Assembly (NCBI RefSeq): GCF_000372725.1 | Contig: NW_005201360.1 | Location: 332,881 to 396,880, forward strand | Length of the DNA: 64,000 nucleotides | Reading direction: 5' to 3' | Source of the DNA: Emiliania huxleyi CCMP1516 | Lineage: Eukaryota | Part shown: positions 50,761-62,508 of the stretch, piece by piece | How positions within the stretch are numbered: the stretch's first letter is position 1 | How the letters are laid out: every line of letters starts with the position of its first letter | Made by a program: the position numbers and the translations under genes | The notes under the pieces: model-generated | What the model was told of the DNA's origin: nothing | What the model saw: the letters and a program-made list of their open reading frames with translations, nothing else | The model's database searches: none

Positions 50761-53580
50761 ATGCCAGCTGGAATGCTTTCTGCCAAGCTGCCGGCGAGCT
50801 CCCCTCCGACGGAAGCCTTACCAGACCCGAAAGGGATTGACTTGACCGTGGCAGCGATCAGGCCAACCGCAGTGAACTCGCAGCGGGATGCGAGGAGCAC
50901 GCAACAACGATACCAATCAACAGAGCTTGGACGAACATTCAACGAGACGGACGCCAAAACCACCGAGTCAGCTAAGGCCAAGGCTGCGACGCTCGACACC
51001 GATGCGCTGCTGAAGCGCAATGCAGAGCTGATGGCCAAGCTCAAGGTCACCAAAACGCGCGCCGACACGACGAAGCTGGAGGTGACACTGGCTGCTGCCG
51101 TGGAGCGCTGGGTCGAAACTAGCGCCATCCGCGAGTCGCTGGCTTGCGACGAGCTGCTCCGGCGCAACACGGCGCTGATGCTCAAGATCGAGGGCCGCAC
51201 CGCGACTGAGCACGCAACCGCTGACAGGTCAGACAGCTCTACGCACGCCTCCCCCTCGCCGGGGAATGGAGCCTGCAGGGCAGGGAGCAGTGCAGGGAGC
51301 AGTGCAGGGAGCGATTCGGATTTTTCGGCGCCGTCCGACCCGGCATCCGGCACGCCTCCCGACGCTTCGCTCGCCTCTCCGTTTACGGATGATGTCGCGG
51401 CCGGAGCCGCTGACGCTGCCGCTGCCACCTCGCTCTTCGCGCTCGACGGCATTGCTGCTGACGACTTGCAGGCTGCTGCTCGCACGAGCTCGCCGACTTC
51501 GGCACGCCCAGCCGTGCCGTCCGACCCGGCATCCGGCACGCCTCCCGACGCTTCGCTCGCCTCTCCGATTACGGATGATGTCGCGGCCGGAGCCGCTGAC
51601 GCTGCCGCTGCCACCTCGCTCTTCGCGCTCGACGGCATCGCTGCCGACGACTTGCAGGCTGCTGCTCGCACGAGCTCGCCGACTTCGGCACGCCCAGCCG
51701 TGCCGTCCGACCCGGCATCCGGCACGCCTCCCGACGCTTCGCTCGCCTCTCCGTTTACGGATGATGTCGCGGCCGGAGCCGCTGACGCTGCCGCTGCCAC
51801 CTCGCTCTCCGCGCTCGACGGCATTGCTGCTGACGACTTGCAGGCTGCTGCTCGCACGAGCTCGCCGACTTCGGCACGCCCAGCCGTGCCGTCCGACCCG
51901 CCACCCGGCACGCCTCCCGACGCTTCGCTCGCCTCTCCGATTACGGATGATGTCGCGGCCGGAGCCGCTGACGCTGCCGCTGCCACCTCGCTCTTCGCGC
52001 TCGACGGCATTGCTGCTGACGACTTGCAGGCTGCTGCTCGCACGAGCTCGCCGACTTCGGCACGCCCATCCGTGCCGTCCGACCCGCCACCCGGCACGCC
52101 TCCCGACGCTTCGCTCGCCTCTCCGATTACGGATGATGTCGCGGCCGGAGCCGCTGACGCTGCCGCTGCCACCTCGCTCTTCGCGCTCGACGGCATTGCT
52201 GCTGACGACTTGCAGGCTGCTGCTCGCACGAGCTCGCCGACTTCGGCACGCCCATCCGTGCCGTCCGACCCGCCACCCGGCACGCCTCCCGACGCTTCGC
52301 TCGCCTCTCCGATTACGGATGATGTCGCGGCCGGAGCCGCTGACGCTGCCGCTGCCACCTCGCTCTTCGCGCTCGACGGCATTGCTGCTGACGACTTGCA
52401 GGCTGCTGCTCGTACGAGCTCGCCGACTTCGGCACGCCCATCCGTGCCGTCCGACCCGCCACCCGGCACGCCTCCCGACGCTTCGCTCGCCTCTCCGATT
52501 ACGGATGATGTCGCGGCCGAGGCTACAGCCGCTACTAAGCCAGGCGCCGCCTCCGGCGCCGTTTCCCCATCGCCGTCGCCTTCGAGCCCGAGCCACTCAC
52601 CCCCGCTGTTCGCTTCCTCGCTTCCGATCGATCCTGCCGCCTGGTCCACCTTCCGCAAGGTTCCTCTCTACTGGCTGACGCCTTGGATCAAAGTGTTCTC
52701 CGCACTCACCGACAAGGCGGGCGGCGCCTCTAGCGTCGACTCTGCCGGCGAGCGGACGAACATCGCCTTAACTTTCGAGATCTTCGGCGCGGGCACGCCG
52801 CGACGTCTGGTCCGTGCCGCTGAGCAGCTCATGAGGGAGAGCTTCGACGAGTGGCCCACTGCGCTGTTGGGCTGCCGCGGTCTGAGACGGCTCGCCCGCC
52901 GCGGTCTGTGGCACCACGACTACTGCTACGCGCTTGTCGCGTTGAACGAGCAGAGGGAGCTCCTCGCCGCAAGCTGGTTCGTCTTTGATGGCACCTACCT
53001 TCATCCTCAATTCTCGACGCGTCGCGAGTCCCGGGGCCGGGACCTCGACCTCCGTAGGGCGATGCTGGCCGAACTCAAGTCGATGGCTGCCGCTGCCACT
53101 GCTGCCGCTGGCGGGCCAGACAACGCTACGCGCGCTTCCCCCTCGGCCCGTACGGCCGCCTCGCCGCCGTCGTCGTCTGCTCCGCCGCTCGCGCCGCCGT
53201 CCGCCTCGCCGCCGCACGGCGAGCCAGCCGTCTCACGCGACCTCTATGCGTCGCTTGATGACGCGGCTGCTGCCGTCGCCACTGCTACTCTCGACGGAGT
53301 GTGCGACGTCGCTCTCGAAGCTACCTCGGCTCGTGCAGCCTCGTCGTTGTCGCCTACGCCTGCTCCGCCTGTCGAGTCGTCAGCCGGGCTGCCGTCCAGC
53401 CTACCTCCAGACGCTTCGCTCGCCTCTCCGATTACGGATGACGTCGCGGCCGAGGCTGCTACCTCTGGCAGGCCAGAGCATTTGACCTACCAAGCCGGCG
53501 CCGCCTTGGGCAAGGCGTTAAATTGCACCCGTCGTGGTGGGCTAGTCATCATCACGCCGTACCGGGACTCTTCACGATGA
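50761..53580 (+). CDS. Element-internal ORF: helical region, 62-aa tandem repeats and a GNAT-like segment
   Basis: The frame is open from 50326 (start codon uncertain). 186-bp repeats at 51331-52518. No RT, integrase or protease motifs seen. Confidence 0.55.
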   Translation: MPAGMLSAKLPASSPPTEALPDPKGIDLTVAAIRPTAVNSQRDARSTQQRYQSTELGRTFNETDAKTTESAKAKAATLDTDALLKRNAELMAKLKVTKTRADTTKLEVTLAAAVERWVETSAIRESLACDELLRRNTALMLKIEGRTATEHATADRSDSSTHASPSPGNGACRAGSSAGSSAGSDSDFSAPSDPASGTPPDASLASPFTDDVAAGAADAAAATSLFALDGIAADDLQAAARTSSPTSARPAVPSDPASGTPPDASLASPITDDVAAGAADAAAATSLFALDGIAADDLQAAARTSSPTSARPAVPSDPASGTPPDASLASPFTDDVAAGAADAAAATSLSALDGIAADDLQAAARTSSPTSARPAVPSDPPPGTPPDASLASPITDDVAAGAADAAAATSLFALDGIAADDLQAAARTSSPTSARPSVPSDPPPGTPPDASLASPITDDVAAGAADAAAATSLFALDGIAADDLQAAARTSSPTSARPSVPSDPPPGTPPDASLASPITDDVAAGAADAAAATSLFALDGIAADDLQAAARTSSPTSARPSVPSDPPPGTPPDASLASPITDDVAAEATAATKPGAASGAVSPSPSPSSPSHSPPLFASSLPIDPAAWSTFRKVPLYWLTPWIKVFSALTDKAGGASSVDSAGERTNIALTFEIFGAGTPRRLVRAAEQLMRESFDEWPTALLGCRGLRRLARRGLWHHDYCYALVALNEQRELLAASWFVFDGTYLHPQFSTRRESRGRDLDLRRAMLAELKSMAAAATAAAGGPDNATRASPSARTAASPPSSSAPPLAPPSASPPHGEPAVSRDLYASLDDAAAAVATATLDGVCDVALEATSARAASSLSPTPAPPVESSAGLPSSLPPDASLASPITDDVAAEAATSGRPEHLTYQAGAALGKALNCTRRGGLVIITPYRDSSR

Positions 53581-53611
53581 TCGGTCGCCATCGTGTCGCA
53601 CGCAGACTGAT

Positions 53612-54132
53612 CAACGTCTATTGGGGCACGACGCTAAATTGCATCCTACCTACTCCTTCAACGTCTATTGGGGCACGACGCTAAATTGCATCCTACCTAC
53701 TCCTTCGACCGTCTATTGGGGCACGACGCTAAATTGCATCCTACCTACTCCTTCGACCGTCTATTGGGGCACGACGCTAAATTGCATCCTACCTACTCCT
53801 TCGACCGTCTATTGGGGCACGACGCTAAATTGCATCCTACCTACTCCTTCGACCGTCTATTGGGGCACGACGCTAAATTGCATCCTACCTACTCCTTCGA
53901 CCGTCTATTGGGGCACGACGCTAAATTGCATCCTACCTACTCCTTCGAACGTCTATTGGGGCACGACGCTAAATTGCATCCTACCTACTCCTTCGACCGT
54001 CTATTGGGGCACGACGCTAAATTGCATCCTACCTACTCCTTCGACCGTCTATTGGGGCACGACGCTAAATTGCATCCTACCTACTCCTTCGACCGTCTAT
54101 TGGGGCACGACGCTAAATTGCATCCCACCTAC
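53612..54132. repeat. 48-bp tandem array, about 11 copies
   Basis: Unit gtctattggggcacgacgctaaattgcatcctacctactccttcgacc. Confidence 0.97.
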
Positions 54133-54254
54133 CATCAGACGCTGAAGAGCCTTTGCGGAATGTAATTGCTGCATCGACCAAGTACATGTTCACGACGGAT
54201 TTGTCAACCCCGTGTAATAAGCTGACTTCACCTCGACGACTAAGTCGAGATCTT

Positions 54255-54397
54255 CTCAACGGTGCAACTGGCGCCACTCAACGGTGCAACTGGCGCCACT
54301 CAACGGTGCAACTGGCGCCACTCAACGGTGCAACTGGCGCCACTCAACGGTGCAACTGGCGCCACTCAACGGTGCGGTACGCGCCACTCAACGGTGC
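54255..54397. repeat. 22-bp tandem array, about 6 copies
   Basis: Unit ctcaacggtgcaactggcgcca. Confidence 0.95.
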
Positions 54398-55534
54398 AGG
54401 CACAGGGTTGACAGGGATGGTTCCCTCTCAGAGTGCCAAGCTACTATCAAGTTACCAGACAGCATCCAGGCACATGGTTGACAGGGGATTTCCCTGTCAG
54501 AGTGCCAAGCTGCCAGGCTCAACCTATCAAATTGCCAGGACAACCCTGACAGCCACGAGATGGATACACCAGCCCTCCGGGGTGTGAATAATACCGGTGG
54601 TTCAACTCAACGCCAGTTGGTATCATACAAACAAGTTCGGCTCAGACAGCTCCTGACACAGCCTCTGACGGCCCCCCTCCCCGACTCAGACAGCTCCTGA
54701 CACAGCCTCTGACGGCCCCCCTCCCCGGGGGAATGGCTACCCAGCTGTCGCAGGAGGTGGTGGAGAATGACCTCCAGACTGACCCGGAGAATCACCTCCA
54801 CCAGCCCCACCTCAACACCCCTATTATCACACTCTCCCCCCCACAGTGACGAATAGTCTACCTATATCCCTATATTCCCACACCCAAGTAGTGGCACGTC
54901 ACGCTTCCCCAACTCCCGTTGTGCAAGTTTGGCACGTCATTGTCTCTGACTGCTTCTCGTGGGGCCGCCGCGCCGCGAGACAGTCGACCTCTTTAATGTT
55001 GTGACACCACAACTCGGCGCAGCTGGCGTCTTTCCCCCCACCGGTGTGACACCACACCTTCGTACCTTGAATACCTTCTACAAACATGTCAGCCTCGGAT
55101 TGAGGATGGCTTTACAGCTTCACCAGCGGTCAGCAGTGCCGCAGAGCCGCGCACGCGGCTCACCACTCATACCTGCTGGGCACCGATCTTCGGGTTCAGA
55201 TGACTATCTCTCGAGCGAGAGACGAGGGACGCCTCACGAGCCTACGGAGGGCCTCGACCCGTCTTCCGCACGGTCAGACCACTCTCTTCCCTACCACAGC
55301 GCGAGGGTTGGTTGGGCCAACAAACAAATTGTAGTTTATGACCGCGCAAGATAAAGGGTGGCTAAGGGCTCTGCCCGCAAGGCGCCCGCGTCGCCGACGC
55401 GTAACCATTGACTAATCCCGGGATTCACACCCACACAACCAAATAGCGAAAATCCGAATACCGTGCAAAAATCGCAAACCCCGTCAGCAGTTCACCTACG
55501 GGTATGTTCGTAAGAGCTACATACACTGAAAAAC

Positions 55535-56876
55535 CTGAGGGAGGGAGGGTGTAGAGGATGGTAGAGTGTAGAGCGCTGTAGAGCTGTAGAGATCTAGAGC
55601 GCTGTAGAGCGCTGTAGAGCGCTGTAGAGCTGTAGAGCTCTACATCCGCCGCGGGACGAAGCGCCTCCGTTGTAGAGCAAGGTAGAGGCACTCTACAACG
55701 TGAAATGTCTACACTAGGGAACACAACCCCCTCTCTCTTTTCTCCCAGTAAGCTAAAAGTACGTACAACAAACTCTTCATCGTAAGCGGCGAACGAGGCA
55801 CGGTCGCTCTCCGACATGAGGCGCGTTGCACTTGCCAGTGCGGCCCTGGCCTTCTGTCTGCCCGCCCAATGGGTGGCAGGTGCCTCTGCTGCTATGGCAT
55901 GCCTCACGGCTGCGACTGGCCGGCGCCTCGGCGCGTCAGCTCGGCTCGGCGTAGTGATAGTGGCCAGCGCAACTCGCCTGGACTCAACGCTCAGCCAGGA
56001 GCTCCCGCACGCGCTGGCGCGAGGCATGGCGCATGCAACGCGTCTGAATGCTCGCCTCGCCTCGCGCAAATGCGACGGGACCGTCCTCGCAGCCGACAGT
56101 CCACCGCCTGCTAAAGAAGCACAGCGACGAATGCGGCACCGGCGACACATGGCAGGCTGGTCATGACGCAGTTATAGGGTGTTGTTTGCCGTCAGAGGGA
56201 CTCTCTGTGTGTCAGGGATAGCGTCAGGGCTGTCCATCAGAGCCCCAGTAAGCTCGGAGACACCCCATTAGCGCGGCTCGACCTCTTTGAGTCACTGCCT
56301 TCCCGGCGGTTTGGCTGTAGAGCCTCTACAACAAACTCTACAGCAAAATCGCGCTCTACATCGCCCTACAACGCAGGCGCTTCGTCCCGCGGCGGATGTA
56401 GAGCTCTACAGCTCTACAGCGCTCCAGAGCGCTCTACAGCTCTACAGCGCTCTACACTCTACATCCTCTACACCCTCCCTCAGGGGAGCTCCTGGCTGAG
56501 CGTTGAGTCCAAGCGAGTTGCGCTGGCCACGATCGCTACGCCGAGCCGAGCTGACGCGCCGAGGCGCCGGCCAGTCGCAGCCGTGAGGCATGCCACAGCA
56601 GCAGAGGCACCTGCCACCCATTGGGCGGGCAGACAGAAGGCCAGGGCAGCACTGGCAAGTGCAACGCGCCTCATGTCGGAGAGCGACCGTGCCTCGTTCG
56701 CCGCTTATGATGTAGAGTTTGTTGTAGAGATTTCACGTTGTAGAGCGCCTCTACATCGCTCTACAGGCGACTCACATCGTCACGCGCCGGATGTAGAGCT
56801 CTACAGCTCTACAGCGCTCTACATCTCTACAGCTCTACAGCGCTCTACACTCTACATCCTCTACACCCTCCCTCAG
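55535..56876. mobile_element. Second copy of the CTGAGGG-TIR MITE (55535-56483) plus an abutting inverted partial copy (56484-56876)
   Basis: Homologous throughout to 4177-5066. Confidence 0.9.
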
Positions 56877-58009
56877 GCAAAAACCACGGAATCTCGGACG
56901 AAGAACGGTAACAAGTTTGGCACACGCCATAACATGGGCGGCGCTTCCTTCGATTGGACGGACGAAATGATCGCGGGAAAAGCGGGACCGCCATCGCGAC
57001 ATCGGGAGTTCACCATATGCCGAGCCTGCTCGGCCTGCCATGCGCGCGCGCGCCTCGCCCGAGCGCAGCCCGATGCGCGATGGCAAGCCCATCGTTCTGA
57101 GAATTGTGCTTCTCGATCACCTCACAGGCTGCTGTGGCGCACACAATCCCGGACGGTGGTTCGACTCCACACGAATCCGAGACGGTGATGGGAGGCGTCT
57201 CGATGATCTCAGACCCAGTGAGGTAGTGCACGAGACTATCCTGGATCCTGCTGAACAAGCTCCTCTTGTAGCTCGATCGGTCACACCGCCATCGCCGCCG
57301 ACGTCTCCCAGGGAGATGATGGAGAGGGGGGACGACACTGCTCGATCTACCCTCTGGGGTCCCTCACTCAGCAGCGTGCACCTCGATCCTGTACCGTGTT
57401 TGTTATGACCCCCCCCAATGAACACACCAGTGAGGGAGGGCGAGACGATCGAGGGGTCCCGTACCACGCGGAATCGGACCCTATCAAGTGCTCAAGTGCT
57501 CAAGAGTTAGAAAGCATGAATCATCGAAAGGTCTGATCTCCAAAACGAGCTCTAGGCGAGCCGCGCGCGCCCGCGCCCCGCCCCTTTTGCGCAGCAACAC
57601 CTTAAATTTCATGGCCCTCAAAAAAGTGCGGCCTCGAGCCATCACGCTGCAGAGCCTGCGTAGACGCCACCGACGCCAATTCTGCAGCCCACAGCCCTGG
57701 CAACTGAGGGCGAGGGCCAGCAGTATACGACGACGACGACATCTCACACCCCGCGCTGGCCAGCGCCATCAGCCCCTCACGGCCCGGCCCAACCTCCCTT
57801 CGCCTCGCCTCCAGTGCCTCCAATCAAGTCGCACCTCTCTTCTTCAGCGAATGCAGCGGCAGCACCACGTCAGAGGCCGGGCCGACTGGCGGACCTGCAT
57901 GCCCAGCCATGCCCCCCTCTCACATATTCACAGTCTGTTCACAGTACCCGGGTAGCTGCTCGGCCCAACCACAATTACGTCAGGGGTATAGACTAGTCAT
58001 TAGTTTGTC

Positions 58010-58609
58010 ATGCTGCCCGCTCACGCAGCGGCGTCGCCCGAGCCGACTTCTCCGGCCGAGTCGGCCTCCAAGCTCGGCGCGGTCGCGCGCGTCTCCGAAA
58101 CCGGAGCCGATGTCGAGCAGATCGAGGCGGCGGGCCTGCTGCAGTTCTTCTCCCTCGCGCCTGATCCTTACTGCCAGGGAGGCGGCATGATCCTTACGGC
58201 CAGCGCGAAGTGCGGCCCGCGGCTCGCACCCCCGTCGAAGAAGCGAGAGAAGAGCCAGGCGCAGAAGCGCCGCTACCACTCGGCCGCCTTCAAGCTGGAA
58301 GTCGTGCGCGAGGCGCCGCGCCGAGCCCCGTCCTGCGAGGCAGCCTCCTTCCCTCCCCCGACTGCCGACCCGCCTGCTCGCGCAGGCTATGCAGCGGCCG
58401 GTGTCCTCACGCATCAAGCCGACGTGCCGCAATCACCCCGAGGTCGAGGTGACGCGCCCTCCACGCGCCGCCGCCCTCCTTGCCGAACCTCGGCTAACCA
58501 CGCCAACTGCCCTTGCCCATCCCCCGCGCCGCAGGCGTGCCAGCTGCGCAAGTGGATACAGCAGCGCGAGCGGATCGAGCGGATCGCTGCTGCGAGCGGC
58601 GCCGCATAG
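58010..58609 (+). CDS. Small HTH DNA-binding protein (Brinker/CENP-B N-terminal-like), spliced
   Basis: KRRYHSAAFKLEVVRE|AMQRPVSSRIKPTCRNHPEVE|ACQLRKWIQQRERI. Confidence 0.6.
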   Translation: MLPAHAAASPEPTSPAESASKLGAVARVSETGADVEQIEAAGLLQFFSLAPDPYCQGGGMILTASAKCGPRLAPPSKKREKSQAQKRRYHSAAFKLEVVREAPRRAPSCEAASFPPPTADPPARAGYAAAGVLTHQADVPQSPRGRGDAPSTRRRPPCRTSANHANCPCPSPAPQACQLRKWIQQRERIERIAAASGAA

Positions 58610-59461
58610 ACCCCCCCGGCCGCCCTCCCGCCATGGGACTAGTCTAGCGGGGCTCCATGTTTGCGCTCTGCGCTGCCGTTGCCGCTGCCTAGGGCGAGTA
58701 CGGTCCACCCTGAAGACTGGTGAGGGCCCCTGGCGAGACGCTTCCAGGGGTCGGGGCGTGTACGGAGGAGTCGGCGCTGCTGCGCATCTGCAGGCGCGCA
58801 CCATGCGCACGGTCTGGTCAGGCCGGGCGCACAGAGTGCGACGTCGCAGCAGGCGTGCAGCGTGAGCTGCGCAGCGCCGTTCCGAACAGTATGCTCCCCT
58901 TGAGAATACCACGTCTTTGATGTCGACCTTGTGTAGCACACAGTGGTATGTACGTAATGCGGCGGTGTGGGTTTCCTCGTGGCACACTCTCTCGCGTGCC
59001 TCTCGCTCTCTCTGGTGTGTGTGTCTGATCTGGTAACCAACCGAAGTGGAAGTCGGACTCATCGTAGGTGGCGTGAGAATTGTGGCGTTAAGTGCTGAAG
59101 TTTGGACACCAGGACAGACTGGAGACGGCAGGTTGTTTGCGGTGAGACACGCCCGCCCTTCTTCCCCCCCTCTCCTCCACGGACCACGGCTTCGCCGCCG
59201 TCTTGGCCCCGTCCTGGGAGCTGGGTTCCCCGTCTTCCGATCCCGCCGCTGTCCCGCTGAGATATTCTCTGTCCGCGCCGGCGCGTGGCGCTCACGCGCC
59301 TCACGGGCGCCCCCGCACACACGCCCTCTCCCCGCGCACACTACGACGAGAGATTCGAAATATTCATCACACGCCAGTCACGCATGTCCATGCACCACTG
59401 CAGCGCTTTGGCTCCTAGTGTGAAACGTACCAGCCGGGGCCGCGGACCACAGGCGCAGCGC

Positions 59462-60064
59462 TCAGGCGGGGTACGCCAGCAGCCTCCACCTAGCCTGGAC
59501 GTGCGCGGCCCACGCGTCTCCAAACTGCGATTGGAGCAGCCGCTCTTCCGGTGCCACCCGGTGCTTCCCTCCGACCGCGACGGCGAGGGCAACGGTCGCG
59601 ACGGTCACAGGTACGCGCAGCCATTTGCTGCCTCCCATGTTGAGCATGGAGGCGCCGGCGAGGTGGAGGTAGATGCCGCTGTAGCCGGGGTGGACCAGGT
59701 AGGTGTACGGCCCGCCGCTGAGGAGAGAGGGTGGCGCAGAGATCTGGTACGAGAAGCTGTCGGCGAGCACAGCCTTGGACCACTGCCGCAGTGCCCAGCC
59801 GGACAGGCCGACGAGCAGCCCAGCGGCGCACCATGTCGCGGGCATCTTGCGGTGGTCACCAAAGGCGAAGCGGCACCACACCATATTCGCCGCGGTCGCT
59901 GCGGCGGCGGCCAGCGCTTGCTGAGCCGGCGTGAGCCGCCAGAGGCCGTCCATTGCCGCTCCGACGGCGTCCGCGCCGTCCACCTCGTCTGGAAGCCGCG
60001 TGGGCGGAGTGCAAATATCGAGGTAGGCGAGGAAGACGAGGAGGAACGTCAGCAGAAGTCGCAT
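59462..60064 (-). CDS. Isoprenylcysteine carboxyl methyltransferase (ICMT/PEMT) family membrane protein
   Basis: LLSGGPYTYLVHPGYSG, RVAPEERLLQSQFGDAW...RWRLL and several TM segments. Confidence 0.85.
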   Translation of the reverse strand: MRLLLTFLLVFLAYLDICTPPTRLPDEVDGADAVGAAMDGLWRLTPAQQALAAAAATAANMVWCRFAFGDHRKMPATWCAAGLLVGLSGWALRQWSKAVLADSFSYQISAPPSLLSGGPYTYLVHPGYSGIYLHLAGASMLNMGGSKWLRVPVTVATVALAVAVGGKHRVAPEERLLQSQFGDAWAAHVQARWRLLAYPA

Positions 60065-60349
60065 TTCCCGTTTGCCTGGGAGCGACTTCCAGCCTTGGAG
60101 GACCTCGCCAAGGCACGCCCCACACCCAGCCAGGCAACCCCGGCATAAGGGTCTTCTACGCCCTTACCCGGCATCTCGGGTTCCCTTGCCCGGGGGCGCA
60201 TGACCTGAGGCGTGGGAGTGCCTCGCCAGGTTTGACCCCCTATCTGGCTCCGGAACCCAGCGCACGGGCCAGGAAATATTTTTTTCCATGGATGCGTTTC
60301 ACAGCTCACAAACAAAACAAGAAGAGACACAACACGTCGCCTTGTCCTG

Positions 60350-60840
60350 TCCACGATATATCCGAAGGGAACCCCAGGTGCCAACACCGACCGTTGAGGT
60401 ACAAGTGCTCAAAACGAGAGTGGACCTGAGCAACGACATGACCCAACGCGGCCAAAGGATATCCACCTCGAGAACCTCGAGAACATGACTTGTGGATGGA
60501 GGCAAATGATCGGAGTAGGAGTCAGAAATGTGGTCCTTGCCGCTTGCGCGAGGAGAGCTCGATAAACTTGAAAGAGAGACTTTTAGAAGCCAAACACGCT
60601 GCAAGGCGCGCGGGCAGCCCGGCCAACCCTTCTCCCACAAGACCGGCCACGGCTACGTCAAGGCGCATCGCGGTTTCTACCACGTCCACGACGCGATCTT
60701 TGTCAAGCGCAACAACTTCAAATGCTCCTCCACGAGACGTTCGGCGGCGGCTTCTCGCCCACCGCCGTTCTCAAGCTGCGCCGCCTCGCGCGCAAAGTCG
60801 CGCGCGGCAGCGTTGACCGCACACGGCCTACTCGCCCAAG
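60350..60840 (+). mobile_element. Degenerate non-LTR retrotransposon 3' (RLE-like) fragment
   Basis: Frameshifted GHGYVKAHRG.YH.DAIFVKRN / LLHETFGGGFSP.AV..LRRLAR...DRT, interrupted by repeat B. Confidence 0.4.
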
Positions 60841-61293
60841 TACTCGCTTTTTTTTATGTCCCCCCATGCAGAGCGCATCTCTCTCTCTCTGTTGTGCGAG
60901 GCGTGAGCCGCCCCATTCGCTCCCCCCTGGCAACCCTGTTTGCACGTTTCGCGCGCGCGTGAACCTGGGGTGAACAGGGCCAAATTTCCCCCCCCCCCCC
61001 CCCGCAAACTTTAAACCACCATGAACTTCAGTCTGCAGGGGCTCCAGGCCCCAAATGACGTGTGAGTGTTAGAGTTGTTTGGTATTGCTAAAAATCTCTC
61101 TCTCTCTAGAAGCAATTGAGGCATGAGGGGCCAAAATATGCCGAGAGGAGGGCGGAGTTGCGCAGAGAGGCGAGAGAAGCAGCGAGAGCAAGGGATCGGC
61201 AGACGACGGCAGCGGCGTCTCAGAACGAGGCCGAGGAGAGCGATGAGTCAGAGGATGAAACAGCAGGAGAGAGAACGAGGACGAGAGTGGGAG

Positions 61294-62472
61294 CTTAGGG
61301 GACCCCTAGGGTTCTGAGGGCCGGGGGGTTTTAAGACCTTTTAAGAAACGAGGAGGTTTGGGGGCTTAACTTGCCATTTAAGAGATTGCAGGCACGGGGG
61401 GTCCCTTTTTTAAGACCGTTTAAGAAAATCGGCCTCGCCGGCATGCGTCTCGCTGGGTTCCGCGCCGTTTTCTCCAATTGTCCAATACTGCCGTAATTGG
61501 GCACAAACCCGCCTCTGAAGACACATCTGTATAAGTCTGGTGCACTGGCAGGAGCCATACTCGCATAGGGGACGCGTGCTAGCTGACTGTAGCCAGCTTC
61601 CCGGCCTACGGCGTCCACCGGGAGCCTCCCGGACCATCGACCTCGGGAGCTCTCCCGCACCGTTTAAGCGTTTAAGACCGTTTAAGGAATCGGCGGCCCA
61701 GGCAGCCTTAAAATGGGCCTAGGCCCGTTTTAAGCCGTTTAAGGTTCTTCGGGCCAGTTTGGGGGGGCAAACCCTGCCCGCCCCCTAGAACCCCAGGTAA
61801 GGCCCAGGTGTGGCCTAGGGCATCGGAAGGGACCAAGAGGAGTCCAGTCTGAGCCATAGAGCCCATGCATGCATGTCTTTGCCCCCGAAGGTCGCGTTCA
61901 AACGCCCGGAACGGCCGTTACAGTGGTGTCCGGCCGGCGCGATCACCGTGCTGTGACGCTCAGGGAAGCCCGATGAGGTGCTGGTTTCTTTGCCCAGGGC
62001 TGGCCTACGGCCCGTGCTGGATCAGCTGAGCAAGGTTTGGGGAGAATCCTATATTGGGATCTTCAGATATTTTGACGGATGACCGAAAATGGGCAAAAAC
62101 GGGGGNNNNNNNNNNNNNNNNNNNNNNNNNNNNNNNNNNNNNNNNNNNNNNNNNNNNNNNNNNNNNNNNNNNNNNNNNNNNNNNNNNNNNNNNNNNNNNN
62201 NNNNNGCGTCACGGCACGGTGATCGCGCCGGCCGGACACCACTGTATCGGCCGTTCCGGGCGTTTGAACGCGACCTTCGGGGGCAAAGACATGGGCTCTA
62301 TGGCTCAGACTGGACTCCTCTTGGTCCCTTCTGATGCCCTAGGCCACACCTGGGCCTTACCTGGGGTTCTAGGGGCCGGCCAGGGTTTGCCTCCCTAAAG
62401 GGGCCCGAAGAACCTTAAGCCGCAGGCGCCCAAGGGCCCACCCTTTTAAGCCTAGGCAAGGGGTCCCCTAAG
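61294..62472. mobile_element. TIR element (CTTAGGGGACCCCT termini) spanning a gap
   Basis: Terminal inverted repeats plus internal inverted blocks at about 61770-61958 and 62206-62395. TTAAG subterminal repeats. Flanks agtgggag / agtgtgggag. Confidence 0.75.
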
Positions 62473-62508
62473 AGTGTGGGAGGACCGCGAGGTGGCATGA
62501 AGGTCGCT

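Larger units (their letters stand above)
50113..55298. mobile_element. LTR-bounded non-autonomous retroelement-like element
   Basis: 553-bp direct repeats 50113-50665 and 54746-55298, both TG...CA, with one substitution seen. 5-bp TSD GCGCG at 50108-50112 and 55299-55303. Confidence 0.92.

Noticed and set aside
50658..52658. Long antisense and alternative-frame ORFs over the 186-bp repeat
   Set aside because: They follow from a stop-free GC-rich tandem repeat.
53612..54132. CRISPR-like array
   Set aside because: The units are contiguous with no unique spacers, there are no cas genes and the context is eukaryotic.
54618..54626. TGGTATCA resembling a tRNA-Met primer binding site
   Set aside because: Short match, not adjacent to a 5' LTR end in the required orientation.
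56935..57408. Possible small spliced gene
   Set aside because: No recognisable motif and insufficient support.
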